DNA of 55,277 nucleotides, filler included, from Jimgerdemannia flammicorona (taxonomy: Eukaryota), in assembly GCA_003990765.1 (NCBI GenBank). It is 3 parts of 3 records of this genome, joined end to end, with 100 filler letters (N's around TTAATTAATTAA, not from the genome) between each part and the next. Parts side by side here need not be neighbours in the genome. Positions count along the whole stretch, not along the records: positions 36,921 to 55,277 come from RBNJ01002229.1; 2 more parts are not named here. The stretch is one strand, 5' to 3'. Below, piece after piece: positions 51,615-55,277 of this stretch. Numbering within the stretch: position 1 is the first letter of the stretch; every line of letters begins with the position of its first letter. The notes beneath the pieces are model-generated. The model searched no databases, was not told the origin of the DNA, and saw nothing but the letters and a program-made list of their open reading frames with translations. The position numbers were made by a program, and so were the translations under genes.

Positions 51615-51830
51615 TGTGGAGGGTAGCAATGCTGGATTCAGACTTACTGACAAAATGCTGAAAATGGTAGCACTGGATAGCAACACTGGAAACAGTTATA
51701 CTGGGTAGCAATGCTGGATTCAGACTTGCTGACAAAACGCTGAAAACGGTGGCACTGGATAGCAATGCTGGAAATGGTTGTGCTGAGTAGCAATACTGGA
51801 TTCAGACTTACTGACAAAACGTTGAAATGA
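51615..51830. repeat. 82-bp tandem repeats with GCTGG subrepeats between the U3 ORF and the TATA box
   Basis: GCAATRCTGGATTCAGACTTRCTGACAAAA at about 51626, 51708 and 51790. Confidence 0.9.
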
Positions 51831-51866
51831 AGGCTGCACAATTCTCACAGCTGACGGGTGGTACTT

Positions 51867-52853
51867 CTAGAGGGAATAGTACCCTTCATCCATGGCAGGC
51901 AAATCTTGCTGGGTTAAGATTTCTTCTTCATCATACCTCTCCTCAAAAGGAGAAAGCACCGGCCAAGAGGTGAGGGGGTAGAAAAGTGACCAGTCATCTT
52001 CAACAACATTCTCCAACCCTTGAACAGCTTGAATGCAGACAGAGGACTGGTAGACTCTCTGTTGCTCCTCTTCTTCTTCTGAAGACTTGTCAGTTTCAGT
52101 GTCAGAGGGGGTTTCTTTAGGGGCAGAGTCTTGGAGTTCTTGGGCTTCCTCTTCAAAGACAGGGACCTCTTGGGCTTCTTCTTGGTTCGGTTCCCAAATG
52201 ATGAGATGTGAATTGTGGCTGGCAGGGTGGTGGGTGGTTGGGGTAGCTCTAATGGGTGCTTCTATGGTAATGGGCAGTCCTTCAAATATCTCCATAAGAC
52301 TCATTAGGTGACCTTGATAGTTGTCTCGGAGTGGGGTGATGTAGAAACCTGGCTGAGTAGGTTCAGTTTGTTGGCTTCCTATGGTGATGCAGTTGCTGCC
52401 AATAGAGTTGGCTACTTCAGATTCTATCCAGTCAGCATCTTCAGTTGAAAGGTGGAAGAGGCTGCCAGCCATTACTCCTTGCAAGTGTGCTATGGCCCAG
52501 GAGATGTGGCAGAATATCTGATGAACGTGGAGAGCTCTCTTGATCAGCTGGCTGGTGGTTATCAATTCAGTAATAAGGTCTTCCTGGTCATCTTTTTGAG
52601 TCTCATTGCAAAGGTGGTGTCCGATTTCATAGTCATACCAGAGGGTCATTTGTTCAGTAGTGTCTTTGAGCTGTTGGATCATTATATACCGGTAGTTGAT
52701 GAAGTGTCCAAGGTCCTTGGTGTAGAAGTTCAAGCATTCAGAAGTATCTGGGCACCAGATGGCCTTCTTGATAGCTTCAAAGATCAGGGTCTTTGGGCCA
52801 GGCAAAGGGGTAGAGCAGCGGGAGGTCTGGTTGGATCAGTAAATGAGAGGCAT
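51867..52853 (-). CDS. Family-2 LTR(U3)-encoded ORF, about 328 codons, homologous to the family-1 LTR ORF
   Basis: Open from 52835 to 51867. One TGA (52836-52838, plausibly CGA>TGA) separates this from an ATG at 52853, giving 'MPLIY*SNQTSR', comparable to family-1 'MPAAHQTSR'. Confidence 0.75.
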
Positions 52854-53385
52854 TGTGTGGTAGGTACTTGGTTCTTTGGTGCCGATCCCTGAGGTGGAGT
52901 ATGGTTCCTTAAATAATGTGGTCTTCATTTTGGCTCGGATCATCTTGTCTTCTTTTGGGATGATCATCTAATGGGTCAGGCTGTCTATTTGATTGTCACG
53001 CCATTATGTCATCTGATCTTAGCAGTCACCAGTACTCCGTTGTCAATTGCATTCATCACATCTGCCTCTTGCAAAATTAGAGCCATCCTCAGCAGTAAAA
53101 ATTACACAGAGTTGGGTAGTCTTAACTCCAGAGACAAGCAGAATGTCAGCGCATTTGTGAGGACTGGCCATCCTTGTCTAGGGCGAGGGCTCCCATAGTC
53201 ACAGCTAGGGGTTCAAACCTATCAGAAATACTATTTCTTGTAATCTGAGGCAATTTCTTAGTAATAATGTCTGTCATGTGGATGGGCTTGAGTCTGGTTC
53301 CAACATTGTTAGCTTTCTTGAGTTCCGAGTGAAATGTCTGTTGTATCTCCAATGGAGATGATACAGACAGAGTGAACAGGATTGT

Positions 53386-55277
53386 TCAAATGCATTTTAC
53401 TTCTCTTGAGTAGTAGAGTCTTATGCGGTTGCGGTGTATCTTGGTCTTGAGTATAACTCCATCCAAGATCTTGAGTTGATAAGTGTGGTTCGGGAATACT
53501 TGGTGTATGAGATAGGGGCCTTCCCATTTTGGTTCAAGCTTGGCACTCCAATTTCCTTCTATGATGGTACGGTACACCAGAACCTTTTGTCCAATAAGTA
53601 GGGGTTCGAGGTCAGCTTTGCAGTTGTAGTACCTCTTTTGTCATTCTTATGCCTTGGCAATAAATTCTCGTGCTTGCTGGCATATATCGTGTAACCGGGT
53701 AATCTCTTCTGTGACTTGTTTTGACAGATCTAGCTGGACTGGTTCAGTAGGATCATGTGCTTCTCAGCCATATACCAAATAGAAGGGGGTCTGTTGGGTA
53801 GCGGTTGCCTTAGAGGTACAGATGCTGAACAGAATTGCCAGTAGATAGATATCCCAGTTTAGTTGATCTCTGGTTCTACTGAGACCTCGCTTGATGGTCT
53901 GGTTCATTCGTTCAGTGAGTCTATTTGCCTGTGGGTGGTAGGCTGTTGTTGGTCATAGCTTGATCTTGAAGTTGCTCGCAAAGGTCTTCATGGCTTAGTT
54001 GATGAATTCTCGGCCTTGGTCTGTAATAATTTCCTTGGGCACACCATGGTGGCTGAAAATTTCATCATACAGGATCCCAATAATTGTCTGGGCATCGGCA
54101 GTCTCAATGGCAAAGACTTCAGGCCATTTTGTCAGATGGTCTTCGATAGTGAGGATGTAGTGTCTTCCTTGGCTAGTTACTGGTAGGGGTCCAATAATGT
54201 CTATTCCCAGTCTTTGAAAGGCTCCAGCTGGTGCTGCAATTGGTATTAATGGTGCTCTGTCAGTAGGCTTTTGTTAGTATCTTTGGCAGGTATCACATTG
54301 TTGAATGTACATTGAAATTTGTTTTCTTATCTTAGGCCACCAGTATCACTTCTTGATTCTTGCAATTGTGGTGCCAATTCCTCGGTGTGCATTTTGGTCA
54401 TAATTTGTTATCAGGATCTTCAATATTTCTTCTTCTCTTGGAACTCAGGTGTACTGCTCTCCTTCTACTCTCCAAAGTTCACCATTGCCTTCTTGGAATT
54501 TCTTGAAATTCCTTTGGATAAACAACTTGTGGGCTGGTTGAATTCCTTTCTTAAAGCTTCTATGGTGCAGACTCCAGGTGAGGGCGAGGCGCAATTCTTG
54601 GTTCATTTGGGTGAGCAGGAAGCAGCCTTCTCTTGTGGGGGCTCCTTCCCTTCTTGTTGGTTTTACGGGATTCTTGACAGAGTATCAACATTGGAATTTT
54701 TAGCACCTTTCTTGTAGACAATAGTGAACTGATATTCTTACAGAGACATGATCCATCTAGCAAAGATTCCTGAGGGCTCTGGCTTGTTGAACAACCATTG
54801 TAGAGCTTGATGGTCAGTGATGAGAGCAAATCTCTTTCCCAAGAGATAGTATCAGAAGTGGTCCACAGCCCAAACTACTGCTAGACATTCTAACTTAGTG
54901 GCTCCATAGTTCGCTTGAGTTTCATTTGTGGCCTTGCTAGCATATTCGATTACATGCTCCCTCTTCCAATCATCTTGCTGAGACAGAATTGATCCAAGTT
55001 CTAAGGCTGAGGCATTAGTTGCCAGGATGAATGGTTTGCCAAAGTCTGGTCACACCAGAACAGGGGCTTCGGTAAGGGCCTTCTTGAGTAGGTCAAATGA
55101 CTTTTGTTGTCCTTCTTTCCAGTAGAATGGTTGGTCCTTCTTGGAGATATCTCAGAGAGGTGCTGCCTTATCTGAAAACCTTGGGATGAATCGTTGATAG
55201 TAGGATACCAGCATAAGGAAAGATAGGGTCTCCTTTGCTGAGGTCGGGGTTGGGTAGTTCTTGACTTTCTCCACCTT
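53386..55277 (-). pseudogene. Family-2 pol remnant (RT end, RNase H, integrase)
   Basis: Many stops; ALTEAPVL, NYGATKLECLAVVWAV, GIDIIGPLP and GPY motifs remain readable. Confidence 0.9.

Larger units (their letters stand above)
50467..53060 (-). repeat. Family-2 3' LTR (2594 bp, inferred)
   Basis: Begins TGTGATG after the PPT and ends CACCACA (6/7 inverted match) at a sharp composition boundary. GTATAAATA at 51469-51477; AATAAA at 51445-51450. The partner LTR is outside the window. Confidence 0.75.
50467..55277 (-). mobile_element. Ty3/Gypsy family 2: 3' part of pol plus 3' LTR (continues beyond the window)
   Basis: RT end, RNase H and integrase relic ending 'KLEPKWEGPYLIHQVFPNHTYQL...IHRNRIRLY'; PPT-like AAGAGGCAGA at 53061-53070. 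Confidence 0.9.

Noticed and set aside
50968..51830. Regularly spaced repeats resembling a CRISPR array
   Set aside because: The intervening sequence is itself repeated, there are no cas genes, and the context is a eukaryotic LTR.

Overview
Eukaryotic, most likely fungal, DNA. The SmF sequence and intron-rich genes suggest an early-diverging (Mucoromycota-like) lineage; this is inference. A CpG-rich gene island at about 9.1-15.6 kb holds a TE-truncated unknown gene, SmF, mitoribosomal RSM27/mS33 and a 16-exon FAT1/FATP. It is surrounded by nested transposons showing strong C>T/G>A decay: a MULE relic, hAT-type MITEs, L1/Tx1-like LINEs (nested, plus a 1.2-kb non-autonomous derivative), a tandem LTR-int-LTR-int-LTR Ty3/Gypsy array with a dUTPase between protease and RT, and the 3' part of a second Ty3/Gypsy family. 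Main finding: both Gypsy families have long LTRs (about 1.5 and 2.6 kb) whose U3 regions contain a complete 270-330 codon ORF. The two ORFs are homologous as proteins, which points to a conserved LTR-encoded accessory gene of unknown function, placed like MMTV sag. Two N-gaps with an artificial TTAATTAATTAA linker are assembly artefacts. All alignments were done by eye.
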